Origin: Psammoneis japonica
Lineage: Eukaryota
DNA length: 64,000 nt
Assembly: GCA_008632985.1 (NCBI GenBank)
Contig: QPGO01000095.1
Coordinates: 183,681-247,680 of the forward strand
Direction: 5' to 3'
Shown here: one piece after another, positions 10,364 to 23,450 of the stretch
How the letters are laid out: every line of letters starts with the position of its first letter
Position numbering within the stretch: position 1 is the first letter of the stretch
Notes under the pieces: model-generated
The model's database searches: none
Told to the model about the DNA's origin: nothing
What the model saw: only the letters and a program-made list of their open reading frames with translations
Program-made: the position numbers and the translations under genes

Positions 10364-12638
10364 TCTCCTGCAGCAATCTACCAACCTTTTCAGATGTCCA
10401 ATTTGATGTCACTGCATGTGTCTCAGTTCTGGTCAGGTTGGGTCCCTTCACCCAGTTGCCTGCACATGCACAGTGCGCAAATCTCAAACCAGCCCCCCCC
10501 CCCACATGCTGGGTTGCCACACCACTTTGGGGAACACAGAAATTGCATCAGAACCTGCAACAGCCTTCTGATTTCTGTTTCCACATTTGTTTGTCAACCA
10601 TGACCATAAATGATGATTCAGGCAGCTGTTTGATGTGCTCCCAACTTGACAACCAACTTTGCTGCCACAAAGCAGCCACACTCTCTTTTCCTTCAGCACA
10701 TTTTTTACAAACAAAACACTCCACCACCTGTGTGCACAGCACCACACCTTCCCCACAGCACCAACTCAAACAGACAAGAAAATTTGCATGCACCACACAC
10801 CACTTGCTGTGCACCAGCCACCCCCACAGCACAAGAGGACAAAAAGCTGCCCCCACTTAAGATCCACTCTGTCAACTCAAAAGCATTTGCCATTCTTGTC
10901 TTGGTTTGAATGACATTTGTCAGTTCCTGTCTGGTCTGCGCAGGAACCCATTGGAAGAAGGAGGTCCTTCTCTGGATCAAAATCTTTGGGGAGATTGTTG
11001 CAAGTGCTCGAGCACCATTTGTTGCATGCTGTTTCTCCAAGGTTGCAGCCATCAATGGGAACAAACTTGCAGAACCCTTCCTGCATCAATTTTGTTGAGA
11101 TTGTGATGGTCTTCAAAAAGGGAGTGGGCAAGCATGTCCCTCAACATGTCCTGCATTTGGGAACAAGCAACTTGGCACCCACAAATGATGCATGTGTCTG
11201 GCTTGGGCATGTGCACCTTCTTGTGGAGGTTTCTCACCAACCTTTTGCACCAAAGATCCTTGGATGCATTGAACTCTTTTTCTTGATGCAGAGCTGTTGC
11301 AGCAGGGTGAGCAGCAGATTGTCATAAAATCCTCTTGTGGCACTGGAATTGTCACACAGCCAGTGTGATCAGCTGAAGAGAAGCTTCCTCAGCCAATGCA
11401 AAGCTGCACCCAAGTGGGGAGGATGACTGTTCCCTGCCAACATCAGAGGGTTCTGCCAGCAAAACATGCCCTTCATTGATGCCACAATTGTGGGCAGAGT
11501 TGGTGCTGGGAAACATCTCAAAAAGAGACAGCTCATTCTTGTTGTCTTCATCAGAAAGTTGGTGTCAGTGGCATCATCATCTTGTTCATTGGATGCTCTG
11601 TTCTCAACATCCAAATCAGCAGCAGCAAAGTCAACATCATGTCCTGCCATTGCACCAGGGGACAAAAGGGAGGAAACAGCTGAAGCCCCAGAGTGGGGGA
11701 GGTGATGTTGGAGCTGTCCAAAGTGTTTCCAGAGGTGCCAACAGAGATGAAGCAAAATTTGCAAGAGGACAACAGTGAGGACTCCTTGTCCTGTTGTTGA
11801 TGAACATTCAACACAGTGGCTTGGGACAGCATGCCCAAATCACTGGCCATGACATTCACACACCCAATTTGGTTGGGGCTTGAAGTGGCAATGGCAGGCA
11901 CAAACCATGTGCAAGGATCAAATTGCAGGGGGGGGGGCAACCAAGATCAACTCAAACAAAAGGAAAATTGTTGGAAGCAAGTGAACTGATTGATTTCAAA
12001 TCAGATTGTTGAGCAAGCATTGGTGTTGATTGAGAAAGCATGTGCACCCCAGCTGGACAGACACAATTGTTGAACAACTGGAAAACAGAATTTGAAAATT
12101 TGGACATTCAGACATTCAGTCAAAGGAAATTGAATTGTTTTTGAAACTTGGGTGAGTAAATTCAAATCACACAAAAGAAGTGAACATCAAAGAATGCACA
12201 AAATCAATGACAATCTAATCTTCATGTCAGAAGATTTGCAAATGGAGAAGCACTGGGAAAACAAACCACACAAAAAACAATGTGGAGACATGGCAACCAT
12301 GGTGCAGAGGGAGATCAATCCAGCTGAGTGGGTGGACAATGACAAGAAGGTGGGCAGAGACACAGTCAAGGTGAGAGACCATGTCAAAGAAAAGGTGTTT
12401 CTCAGCATCACATTTGTGTTTGATGCAATGCAGTTGGAGGAGACCGGCGTGCTGCACAGAGACTGCACCCAGAATTGTGGACCAACGTCAATGGATGGAA
12501 TGCTTGTGGAGCTTCCAGAGGCAAAGAAGAAGACATGCCTGCATTTCCTGCAGATGAAAATGAAACAACAAACCAGACTGCACCAGGACTGGCTGGCAAT
12601 GAAGCAATCCAATTGCCCCATGCAACAACAGATTTTGG

Positions 12639-14610
12639 TGTTGTGAAAAATTGTGAGACCCATTCATTCAGAGAACATGTGTGCATGACAGCAAGACATG
12701 AAGAGCTTGAGTCCTTGCAGAGCCAGTCATGCTCCATGCTGTGCACATCTTGTACAGACCCTTCGTGCAAGGTGAGTCACTTGCGCAATGGCCAGTTGCA
12801 CCAGTCTCAGTCACATGCTCCCAAAGCCCATCGTGGGTCGTACACCAGGAGTCATGATGCCTGCTGCACTTGCCCCTGTGACAAGGTTGTGTGAGTGACG
12901 GAAAGGTCCTGGTGCTGGCAAGGGACAATTTGTTGCATGTCACATGCATCCACCAGCATGCCTTCTTGCACACAAAGGGTGCCATTGTCTTTGACTTGAA
13001 CAATTGCAGCTGGCCCTGGCACCTGCACAACTGTCAGTGCCAAATTTTGCCCATTGTTCCTGCTTTGCAAGCACAAGTTGTCCCTTCATGCATTGGCACT
13101 CTCCCCTCCTTAAGTTCTCATGCTTGTTGTTCAAGCAGATCAATTTCTGCTTTCTGTTCTGCACACACCTCCACTTGGCATGGTGGGCAACAGACAACAT
13201 TGCATCACGTCCAAAGACTGGTTGCATCGAGATCACCTTGGCAGCAGTGTGTGCAGTTGCATGCGCAGCAAAGGCTGCTGCAGAAAGTGTGCCTGCCCAT
13301 GGGTTGTCTTTGTCTAACTCCATGTCCTGTGCTGAGAAAGTGCACATCATGTCACCAATTGTCTGCCTGATGTGCATGTTCCATTGTGGAGTTCACCTGT
13401 GGGTTGCATTTGGAGACAGGTCTGGCCTTGAGTTCACAGTGTTTGAATCATTCAACTGAACTCAGCCACACAAACTCAGCACCTGTGTCAAGTGTGACTT
13501 TGCTTGGCCATGGATGTCTGCACAGCCATGTCTGCTCAATGATGTTTGCCACCACATCTGCATGTTTGGTGGCCATTTCTGCAATCTTGAAAATTGTCCA
13601 GTCACTTGATCCTTTGTGGGCAATTTTGCAGGGCCACATTAAATCTGCACACAGGCCTCCCAGTTGGGGGTCAACATTGGGCATGTCACCCTCACATCCA
13701 ACTGTCCATTGGTTCTGCACACACATTTGACCCAATGAAGCATGCAATCTTGTGTTGCATTAAAGACAAATGTTTGATGAAAATTTGAACTCAATGCTTG
13801 GTTTTGAACTCAATGGTCAGATCTCCTCACACACGGAACATGTCATGATGCTGACAAAAAAAAAAGCAACCACCATGGCAAAAGACCAGTGCATGGCAAG
13901 CATCTCCACCAATGCCCCAACAGTGCACACATGCATTGTGACATGTGTGTCATTTTCCCTCACCACTTTTTTGCAGCCTCCTCCAGGCAAAATGGGGGAG
14001 GCCTCCTTTGCAATGTCACACTGATGGCAAGTGCCATTGCTCTGGCAGTCGTGTTGTGAAAAGCACAAACATCACTGCAAGGGGCATGCTAAGTCAAGTG
14101 CTGTGACTCCACCCTCTGGGCATGTGTTCTCTCCAACTGCATGGCTTGACAAGGTCAAGAAAGGGTGGCATTTCCTCACTGGTGCAGCCACTTGGGCCAT
14201 CAAAACTCTGCCCTCAACATTGAGGAGTTCTCAACACAAGCCAAGTGTCAACAGGGTTGGCAGGCCACTTGTCTCTCCTGCATCCCCCCAGCAGTTTCCA
14301 CTGGTGACACTGCTGCCTTGGACCCTCACTGCCTTGCCCTGTGCAAAAACAAGGGTCTGAGTGCTTGGTCATGGAGATTTGGGTGTTTTGTGAAAGTTGT
14401 GAGATGATTTTGCATGGAGCATGCGTGCGCATGACAGTGAGACATGCAAAGCTTGAGTCCTTGCACAGAACCAGTCACACTCAGCCGGTGCTACATGCAT
14501 CCCATGCAGACCCTCCACACAAGGTGAGTCACTTGCATGATGACCAGTTGCACTGGTCTCAATTGCATTGATCTCCTGCAGACCATGGTGGGTCTTGTGC
14601 TGGGAGTCAC
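12639..14610 (-). mobile_element. Deleted Ty3/Gypsy relic: integrase 3' part between ~230-bp degenerate direct repeats (probable LTRs ~12639-12870 and ~14385-14610)
   Basis: Fragments TWLCRHPWP, NPWAGTLSAAAFA, PVFGRDAML, NNKHENLRR resemble the Gypsy integrase C-terminus. Shared GAGCTTGAGTCCTTGCA...CAAGGTGAGTCACTTGC blocks at both ends. Confidence 0.6.
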
Positions 14611-16120
14611 ATTTTCCAATGTGTGCTTCTGCGTGATCACAGGCTCAAGTTCAAGAAATGGGCTGGCATGTCACCTCAATGGAAAAATGTTCAACATGCA
14701 CAACTCAGGATGATTTTACATGTGCTGAATTGCAGTCTTTTTGAAAAACATTTGGTCCATCATTTGTCCATCAGATTGTGGACTTTGGTGACCCCACATG
14801 CCTTTTTCACCACAACACAGCATGACACAATGGAGCCGTCATGCCATCACAATTTTGAGCACAATGGAAGGTGGGGCATTGGTTGCCAATGATTGCATTG
14901 GTCCCTTTTGACACTTGAAAGGCTTGAATGTGTTGTCGTCAACCAATGCCCCACCTTCCTTCATTGCAAAAATCCCATCTCTTTTTTGCCATGGCCATGC
15001 CATGCACCAAACGTTGTGTGATCTTATGAGCGATGACAAGGTGCTTGCATCTCTGCATGACCCAGCACTTGTCATTTGAATTTCCAATTTTCTCACACCA
15101 ACACAATCAACCATCATCATTGTTCCTGTGGCCATGGCACCCAGCAAGAAAAAGAGCAGCACTGCAGGAAAGAAAAAAGTGGTTGCCCCATTAAAAAAAG
15201 AGTTGACAATGCTCTCATTCTTTTGACAGCACACGTCTTGGCAAGCTCTGATGGGAAATGGCCAAGTGCAGGATGCATTCACTGTGTGCTCTAGAACAGT
15301 GGCATTCCAGGCAGAACAATGAACCAAAAGTGACATGTTGGATGCAATCCAGAAGGGATCTGGATCCAAGGGCTTGGTTGCATTTTGCAGAAAGTCCAGT
15401 GACAATGAAAGGTGCCACCATTCATTGTGATTTGAACCCAGTCCTGATGCTCCAAATCTCAAGCCATTGTTCATGTTGAATCATTCTGGGTCAACTTGTC
15501 AGCATGTGGTTTGTGTGATTCCCTTGTTGAGTTTGTTGATGCTCACATTGCACAATCCACCATCAGGTCATGTGACAAGGTGGATGCCAGCCACTGCTGA
15601 TGAGAAAGCTCCTGTTGCACCTGTTGCCAATGAGCCTCACAATGACTTGATGCCATGCCCTGGTTGGGGTGGAGAGAAGCACAAGCAAGTGACATTGATG
15701 TCTGTTCAAGACAACTTGGAGGAAATGGAAGAGCAGTCTGGAAATCAAAATGGAGCAATGTGTTTGTGGCAATTGTGACTGTGGCGGCATCAATTTTTTG
15801 AATCACTTGGGCAGAAGCTTCACTCTCAATGTTGGGTGGAATGTCATCATGTTCTTCAAATCATCCTCTTCTTCAACCTCTTCAGATGACTCAGCTTCTT
15901 CTGGCACAGTCATCATGGCAAACAACAGTGCTCTGCACTTCAGTGTTGGAGGGAGAAAAGATGATGGCAATTCCCAGACTGCACGTAATTTCAGCACTGA
16001 AATATGCACAGACAATGCAGCAAAAAAATGCATGGGCCAACCCATCTTCATTTCTTGAACTTGAGCCCACACCTTGCCTGTGGCAGGATCAGCATTGCTG
16101 TGGACATCCTGCAGACACAC

Positions 16121-17490
16121 GGACATTCCCAAGTTGGCCAACTTGCAAAATTTTTTCTTGAATGTGACATTGATGACATTCTTGTTTTGGCAATCCTGAC
16201 AGGTTGAGACATTCACACATGCATGTTTTTTTGCCCTGTGAAATTTACAGTGAAGATCCAATTTTTTTGTAAAATCTGCAGCCACAAAGGAATGAATTGC
16301 ATTGAATGACCTGAAATGCCTGATGAGCAAAAATGCTGTCAGTTGTTGGGAGTTAAGTGAGAAATGTTGTGAGTTGTCGAGAGCACTTGCATGTCACATG
16401 AACATGCAATGCAACCAATCAAATGTTTTAATTGAGATTTCTTAAACAGATGCATGCTGTCTGCAGAATTGTTGCAAGTCAAGTGAAATTTTTCATGAGT
16501 TGTTGTGATTTGTCGTGATTTGTCATGAGTTGATGTGAGTTGTCATAAGTTGTCATGAGTTGTCATGAGTCACAAGTGCTGTTTGACAATTGTGACTTTC
16601 ATGTGGGTGACTCATTCTTGAGTCATTGTGCTTTTGGCAATGAGAATGCCTCCCCAGATTGTCTTCTTAAATGATGCATGTTTTTTATGGCACATTTGCA
16701 TCACAATGCATGACATTGGTTTGGCAACAAAACACAACAATTGATGGCAATTGTGTGTTGTTGATGATGCTGCTTGCCTGGGACATTTCCAAATCTGCCA
16801 TCTTGAGACCATTTCATCAAAATTGTTGATGCCTTGATGACATGTGATCACCATCAATTGTCATGTTTTTGTTGCCAAACCAATGTCATGCACAGTGATG
16901 CACACATATCACCAAAACACACATTGATGAAGACAATCTGGTGAGGCATTTTGGTTGCTAAAAGCACAATGACTCAAGAGCAAGTCACCTGAATGAAAGT
17001 CACAATCATCAAACAACACTTGTGACTCACAACAACTCATGACAACTCACAACAAATTTCACTCAATTGCAACAATTCTTCAGATGGCATTCGTGTGCCA
17101 AGCAACATCAGTTGGTGTGCTCAATTGCTTGAAGTGCATTTGTCTGATGTGTGAGCACTCTCAACTCACAACAATTCTTGCTTGGCTCCCAACAACTCCC
17201 AACAACTCCCAACAACTCACAACAACTCATGACATTTTTGGTTTGTCAGGCATTTCAGGTCATTCAATGCAACAACCTTGGCAATCAGCAGTTTTTGCCA
17301 AAATGATCATTGTTTGTTCATTTGTGGCTGTAGATTGTGTGAAAGGATTGGATCTTTGCTGTCAATTTCACAGCCAAATCAACATGTGTCAGCAAATGTC
17401 ACAACTTGTCAGGGTCGTCAAAACAAGAATGTTGTCTGTGTCACATTCAAGAAAAGAAAATTTGCAAGTTGGCCAATTTGGGAGTGTCCC
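16121..17490. mobile_element. Foldback/long-TIR non-autonomous element (~630-bp inverted arms, ~100-bp spacer, internal 10-bp tandem repeats)
   Basis: GGACATTCCCAAGTTGGCCAACTTGCAAA (16121) is close to the reverse complement of TTTGCAAGTTGGCCAATTTGGGAGTGTCC (17461-17489). The arms also match at ~16698-16747 vs ~16851-16900. GTTGTCATGA/ACAACTCATG arrays in both arms. Confidence 0.8.
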
Positions 17491-17499
17491 AGGGACACC

Positions 17500-18000
17500 T
17501 GCTGCACTCACCCCTGCAGCATGACAAGGTTGCACCAGTGAAAGAAGGGCCCCACTGCTGGCAAGGGACATTTTTGAAGTGTCCACCAGCGCACCTTCTC
17601 ACACACAAAGAAAGTCATTGTCATTGACTTGAACAATTGCAGCTGGCCCCACTGCACAACTGTCAGTGCAAAATTTTGTCCATTGCTCTTGCTCCCCAGC
17701 ATCTGTTGTCCCTTCATGCATGCGTTGGTGCTCTCTTCTCTTAGAGTTTTCATGCTTGTCATTTGAGCAGATTAATTTTTGCTTTCTGTCCCAACCACAC
17801 CTCCTCTTGTTTTGTGATGGACAACAGACAAAATTGCATCATGTCCAAATGCCAGCTGCACTGGAGTTGCCTTGGCAGCAGTGTGTGCAATTGCACGTGC
17901 AGCAAAGGCTGTGGCAGAAAGTGTCAGCCCATGGGTCTTTTTTGTCCAACTCCATGTCTTGTGCAAGTGTCAAGTTTCCAATTGTCTGATGTGTGCACTC
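17500..18000 (-). pseudogene. Second Gypsy integrase 3' fragment, related to 12880-13370
   Basis: QDMELDKKDPWADT / ATAFAARAIAHTAAKATPVQLAFGHDAIL parallels the 12940-13377 ORF. Confidence 0.65.
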
Positions 18001-18639
18001 CACTGTGGTGTTCCCTGTGGATTGGAAAAAAAAAAGGCGGCACATTGATGCACGTGTGCAGAGTTGATCAGGCTCCACTTTCTGTTGTGGCAACACCCCT
18101 TCTGTCTTTGACAGGCTGCACTGTGCTCAAAGAATGAGTGCAAATGAAAGTTGAGTGAAGTGCCAAAAGTGAAAACTGAGAGTTGAAGTTTGTGCTCAAT
18201 CATTTTGGGTTTCTCCAAACAAGCTCTCAATGGCCTGAAGCTTCTGCACTGTTTCCACAGACAAAAGGCCTTTCGGAGAATGCAATCATGACAACAGATT
18301 GTCCCAGTGTGATTGCTGTTGACACATGAGATGTCAGCATCATTGAGCAATTGTGTTTGCAATTTTTGACATCAAATCAACTCTGTGTGATCAGTCTGTC
18401 CTTCATGCGAACCCATGACTGACGCACGATTGAAGTGTGACAACATTTCAAATGTGCGCACATGTGCACATTGCATTTGCCCCCCCAATTGCACATCAGA
18501 GTCAATCATTGAACAGTGTCATGCAACAGATGTTGACAGTGTCAATGACATCACTGCATTTGATTTGCACTGTGCCACTGCTGGCATGTGCCGTTGTTGT
18601 TGCACACAGTCCAGCATGGGGCTGTTCTGACTTTGGGAT

Positions 18640-21600
18640 CATTCTTGAGCAGCATCTTTTCTCCCACTCTGCACGCACATGGAGCACATCAAGCATTTTC
18701 TCAAGCATCATTTTCATTTGTAATTTCTTGCTTTTGTTTCTGGACAAACTTCAAGTCAGTGATGTGTTGGATGTCAAAAATCATGTCTCTGTTGAAGACC
18801 AGTTGTCCTGGTGCAGCTTGCACAGCAGTGTGGCATGCAGAATGTGCAGCAAAAGTCATTGCTGACAGTGTGCCAGAGAATGGATTGTCTGCATCCAGGG
18901 GTGCATTTTGCAGGTCAAATGTGTGCAGCATGTTGCCCAGTGCATGATGCACTCATTCAACAACTGTGTTTGCTTGCAGATTTCATGGCCAAACAGCACA
19001 TTTGAGAACTCCTTTGGTGTCTCCACAACAGACAGTGGCTCTTTTTCCATTGCAGCACAATGCGTCTGTGCTCCATTCAGCTTGTGGCTGCAGAAGGCAA
19101 CAGGTTGGTTGTTCTCCATGACAACTGCCCCCAATTGAGAATTGCTTGCATCAGCGTGTGTCTCAAAGGGTTCATTGAAAAAAAAGATGATGCTCTTCAC
19201 ATTTTTGAAGGCATTTTGTTCCATTTTGGTCCATCGCCACTTTGCCTTAGATGAGGTGAGTTTGGCCAAAGGAGCAAAAATGTGAGATCATTGAGGCCAC
19301 ATGTCTCAACAGCAGTTGATCACACTGACAATGCACTGCATTCCTTGTGAGTTTTGGGAGATGCAATGGCATGAATTGCCTCCACTTTCTCAGGCATTGG
19401 GCTGACGCTGTTGTGTGTGAATGCCCAGACAGTCTGCTTTGGATTTGGCAAAGAAAGACTTTTTGGCATTGACCTTCAATCCAGCTTGTTCAAGGCCCAT
19501 GAACACTGTTTTAAGCTTGTTGAGGTGGTGTTGAAAATCACCTTTGGCAAGGCACAGCTCATGGTCAACACAAGTTTTGATGAATTCCAGACCTGCCATG
19601 AGCTCACTCATGCGCTCTTGGAAAATGTCTGGATGTTTGCCCCAAGGCATGACAATTGTGCACAAGCAATGTGCTTGTGGAGTTTTGTGATGGCATCCCA
19701 TGTTTAAATCAAGTGAGGTGGCACACAATGCCATCAAGTTTCTGCAGCATGTCTTGAACATTGGGCGGAGGGAATGGAGCATGTGCCAACCTCTTGCACC
19801 ATCTTTCTTTGGTTGAATGAAGGTTGGAGCTACCCATTCAGAACAATTTGTTTTTCTTGAGACTTTTGACTTGCGCAGTCTTTCAACTTCCTTTTGAGCA
19901 ATCACTTCCAAGGCTTGTGGTGTGGGAAATGGCTTTGCATGATGCGGACTCATGTCTGAATTCAACTTGAGATCCACTGGTTTCTTTTTAAGAGGAAGTT
20001 CAGCTGCTTCTCTGTTCCTCTGGAGTTGGATGAGTTGCTGCTGCAGTCACATGTTGAGGTCAGCAGTGTGACAATCTGAGCCAAGGATCTGACTGACCCT
20101 GTCATTGAGACCAATCACGGCATGAGATTCCTCAATGTGATTGGCAATCAACTTGAAAACATTGGCATTGAGGAGTGTGTCAACATTCTTCATGGGTGTG
20201 GTTGTGTCCTCCCATTTAATTTCTTCATTTGCAGTGTCTGATGTGATCTCAAGACTTGGCATGAAGTTGCATCCCATGATCACATCATAAGGACTCAAAG
20301 GAGAAGGGATGTCATCAACATGCACCTTTGTTTCTGTCATCTCGTGTTTGTCAAATCCAGGCAAAGAGAACTGGATTTTGCACTGACCATCAGTCATGAA
20401 GAACCCTCCTTTGGTTTCCCAAATTTTGGTGGTGGATTCTTTTGTTCTCAGTTTCCATGTGAATTTGTGAAAAATTGTGGTTGACAATGTTCCACTGTCA
20501 AGGAGAACATGCAGAGGCTTTTTTTTTTTTGCTTTGCCTGAAGAGGCATTCATGTGAGCAATGACTGCTGTGCTAGCATGAATTGCTTTGACCCTTTTCT
20601 GGGCTTCCCAATGTCCAGCAGAGTGCAAGACTCCTCAAGCAGCACCAGTCATTCTTCAGAATTGCTGTGCATCATTTTTTCAAACTGACAGTTTTCCTTG
20701 CTGAGGGCATCAGAGCCATGCTCCTTGCTCTTGCGCTTTGCCTTGTTGGTGGAAGAACTTGTTTTGAGAGTGTTTCTTTGAACTGCCTGAATGATCATGG
20801 CATTCAACTCTTCCTTGTGAGGGCATTTTTGTTGTTGCAACATGACCACTTGCAATTGCCATTTGAATGGCACTGTTTGAAATCACACTTGCAGTTTCCA
20901 CAGCATTCTTTTGCCAGTCTTTTCATGACCCAGCACTTGTCCGTGTCATGAGTGGTTTTTTTGCAACAATTGCACCACTCATCAGACTCAGATCATTTGG
21001 TGCCAGATTGGTGACCATTTTTGAAACCATGATTGGATCCATCCTTGACTTTTGATCCAGGTCTGTTGCTGGCATCAGCCATGACATAAGTGAAGTCAAA
21101 GACATCCTCAGCAACCTCCAGACACTCCAAAAACTTGACCAACTTGTCAAAGGTGTGTTTCAAAATTTCAAAACCTTGAACAGTTGATTGGCACTGCCAT
21201 TCACAAGGTGCAAAATTGCAGAGGATGTCCTTGAGCTTGTTGCCCCCAATCTTCTAATCTTCCTTGAAAGGACAATGGAACTTGAGATCTTTGTTCACTT
21301 CTTGGACCCAAGAAGTGGCAATCACTCCAATTTTCATGCTCTCTGGATTCTTGAGATTGCACTGCAAATGACGCTTCTGAATTTGAAATGCATTCTTGGG
21401 GGAAAACATGTCTTGCAAGGTGCTGTTGGCATTTTTTGAAGGCTCCATTGGCTGTTTCATCTTTGACATTCACAGCAACATTCTCAAATGCATGCAGAGC
21501 ATCTCCCTGCAACAACACATGCATGAGGTGGAACTCATCTGCTTGCTTCTTGATGTTCTGGCCCACCAAGTTTTGTTCGCAGCTCTTTAGAAATTTGATG

Positions 21601-22050
21601 TGCTTGGGAATGCCTTGCTTCTTGCAATGCTCAACATTGACAGTGTGGGTGCAGCCATCCTTCTTTTCTGGGTGAAAACACTGTTCCATCTTGAGGCATT
21701 GGCTTGGTTTGAGTGTCTTTTGCTTGGAGATTGATTCCAACCACACATCAACAATTTCTCCTGCTTGAGAGAAGACTTGGCATTGGCAACATGAGGTGAA
21801 AGCTTCATTTTTGTCTTGTTGCCTTCTGTGGTGTGTGCACACAATGCACTGTGCTCAAAGAACAAGTGCAACCAAAAGTGGAAAAAGCATGAAAAGTAAA
21901 AATTGTGAGATTAAATTTTGCTCAATCATTTTGGGTTCCTCCAAACCAGTTCTCAACAGCCTGAAGCTTCCATGCTGGTTCTACAGACAAAAGGCCTTTT
22001 ATGAAATGTGATCATGACAACAGATTGTTCAAATGCAATTGCTGTTGACA
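18640..22050 (-). mobile_element. Degenerate Ty3/Gypsy element (gag, protease, RT, RNase H, partial integrase)
   Basis: Minus-strand order: gag-like (21201-21842), protease VLLDSG (20047-20628), RT-like SEWVAPTFIQPKKDG...SLDLNMGCHH...CVDH (19390-19977), RNase H HADASNSQLGAV...EKEPLSVVE (18856-19269), integrase SAMTFAAHSACHT...PGQLVFNRDM. A ~200-bp block at ~21847-22050 recurs at ~18118-18325. Confidence 0.8.
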
Positions 22051-22342
22051 CATCCTGTCCATGTGCAGTGGGATGGAAGCACCACTTTCTAGACTCCGCT
22101 TGCGGGGGTTGTGGATGCATGGGCTTGAAAGTCTGTGTGGGCAGTGGCTCTTGGCTTGATGTCCCCAAGCAGAAATCATTGCCAATGCCTCATTCAGCCA
22201 TCCAGTTTGTCTTTCCCCACTTGAGCAGATTGGCCTGTTCTTGCTTGGTGTGGTGTGGTTGTGGTGGCACATGTTCCACAATTGTTGTTGTGTTGGCCAA
22301 TGAAATGGCATGGCAAGCAGCACGGTGCTCCCTTTGCATCTG

Positions 22343-23430
22343 TCAGCAAAGCAACATTGTCATGAGCACACCACTGTTTGACATTGTGTGACCCCACACA
22401 TCAGGGCACTCTTGCAGGACTGTGAAATGCTTGTCATGGTGCTCATTGTGCACAATGGAGTTGTCACCTGGCATGCCTCCTTGCCCTGCTGCCAGTGGTT
22501 GTTGGGGGATTGCACATTCCAGGGGCTGCACCGCCGGCTCATGTGCAATGGTTGGCAACTCTGGCCACCAGCAGAGTGCTCCTTGGGCTGTTTCTGCCAC
22601 TGCCAAGAGCAGCTGGAATGGGACAAGGTTGTGCAAGCATGATTGTGTCTGAAACCAATGACACAATTTGACCTGTGCACAACATTGCAGGTCCGCTGGC
22701 AAAGTTGGGTGCAATGTCACTTGGGCTGCCAAGTCATTGGCATGCAAGTCCATGGACTGGCGCATGTGGATGAGCCACTGAACAACATGGTGCGTGACCT
22801 CAAAGGCCACTGGGAGGATGATGCACAGCCTGTCAAACCACTGCTGAAATGCCTGAACAGTGGTGGCAACAATGGCATTGTTGGGCACCTCCAACACTCT
22901 GGTGTCGGCCAGGGATGGTGTTCCATCACCACCATGCATTTGCTGACTCATGGCATTGTGGCAGGCTGCTTGCTTGGCTTGCTCCGGTGTGGTGACACCA
23001 AATGGAAATGGATTGATGCCTTGCATTAATTTGTCTTTGTTGTGCCTGGCAATGTCAATCTGTGTGAGCTCAGTGACCAAACTCACCGTGACCAGTGCAC
23101 TGAAGTGCAAGTGGTGTGCTTGGCATTGCTCATCAACTGCATTGTGTGTGGTGGCAATGCACCCTGTCTTGGGTGATGCTGCCACCAACTGTGCCCAGAG
23201 TGGGGGCAGATTGTCCTGATGGTGGACTTGGCACAAATGCGCGAGCTTTGCAACACCAAATTTGCCACAGAATTCCATCAGCATTTTTCTGTGTGCTGCC
23301 ACTTGCTGCCTTGCAATTGTGTCCAATCATTGCTGGCACTGCTTGGCCATCAGGTCTTGGACAGCCATGACCACCCAGTTGAGTTGACATGGTGGCAGTG
23401 GCTGGCCCACATGGTGTGGGAGGTCTTGCT
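22343..23430 (-). pseudogene. Degenerate ORF of unknown, probably transposon, origin
   Basis: 327-aa Tyr-free ORF with protein-like segments (LPPLWAQLVAA, GINPFPFG) inside the mutated domain; family not recognised. Confidence 0.35.
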
Positions 23431-23450
23431 AAACCATGGGGATGAGTGGT

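Noticed and set aside
12152..12646. Possible transposon accessory ORF (VRDHVKEKVF...)
   Set aside because: Protein-like but too degenerate to assign without a profile search.
16495..17230. Short periodic repeats as a CRISPR array or telomeric repeat
   Set aside because: They are degenerate 10-mers without unique spacers, lying inside inverted arms in a eukaryotic context.
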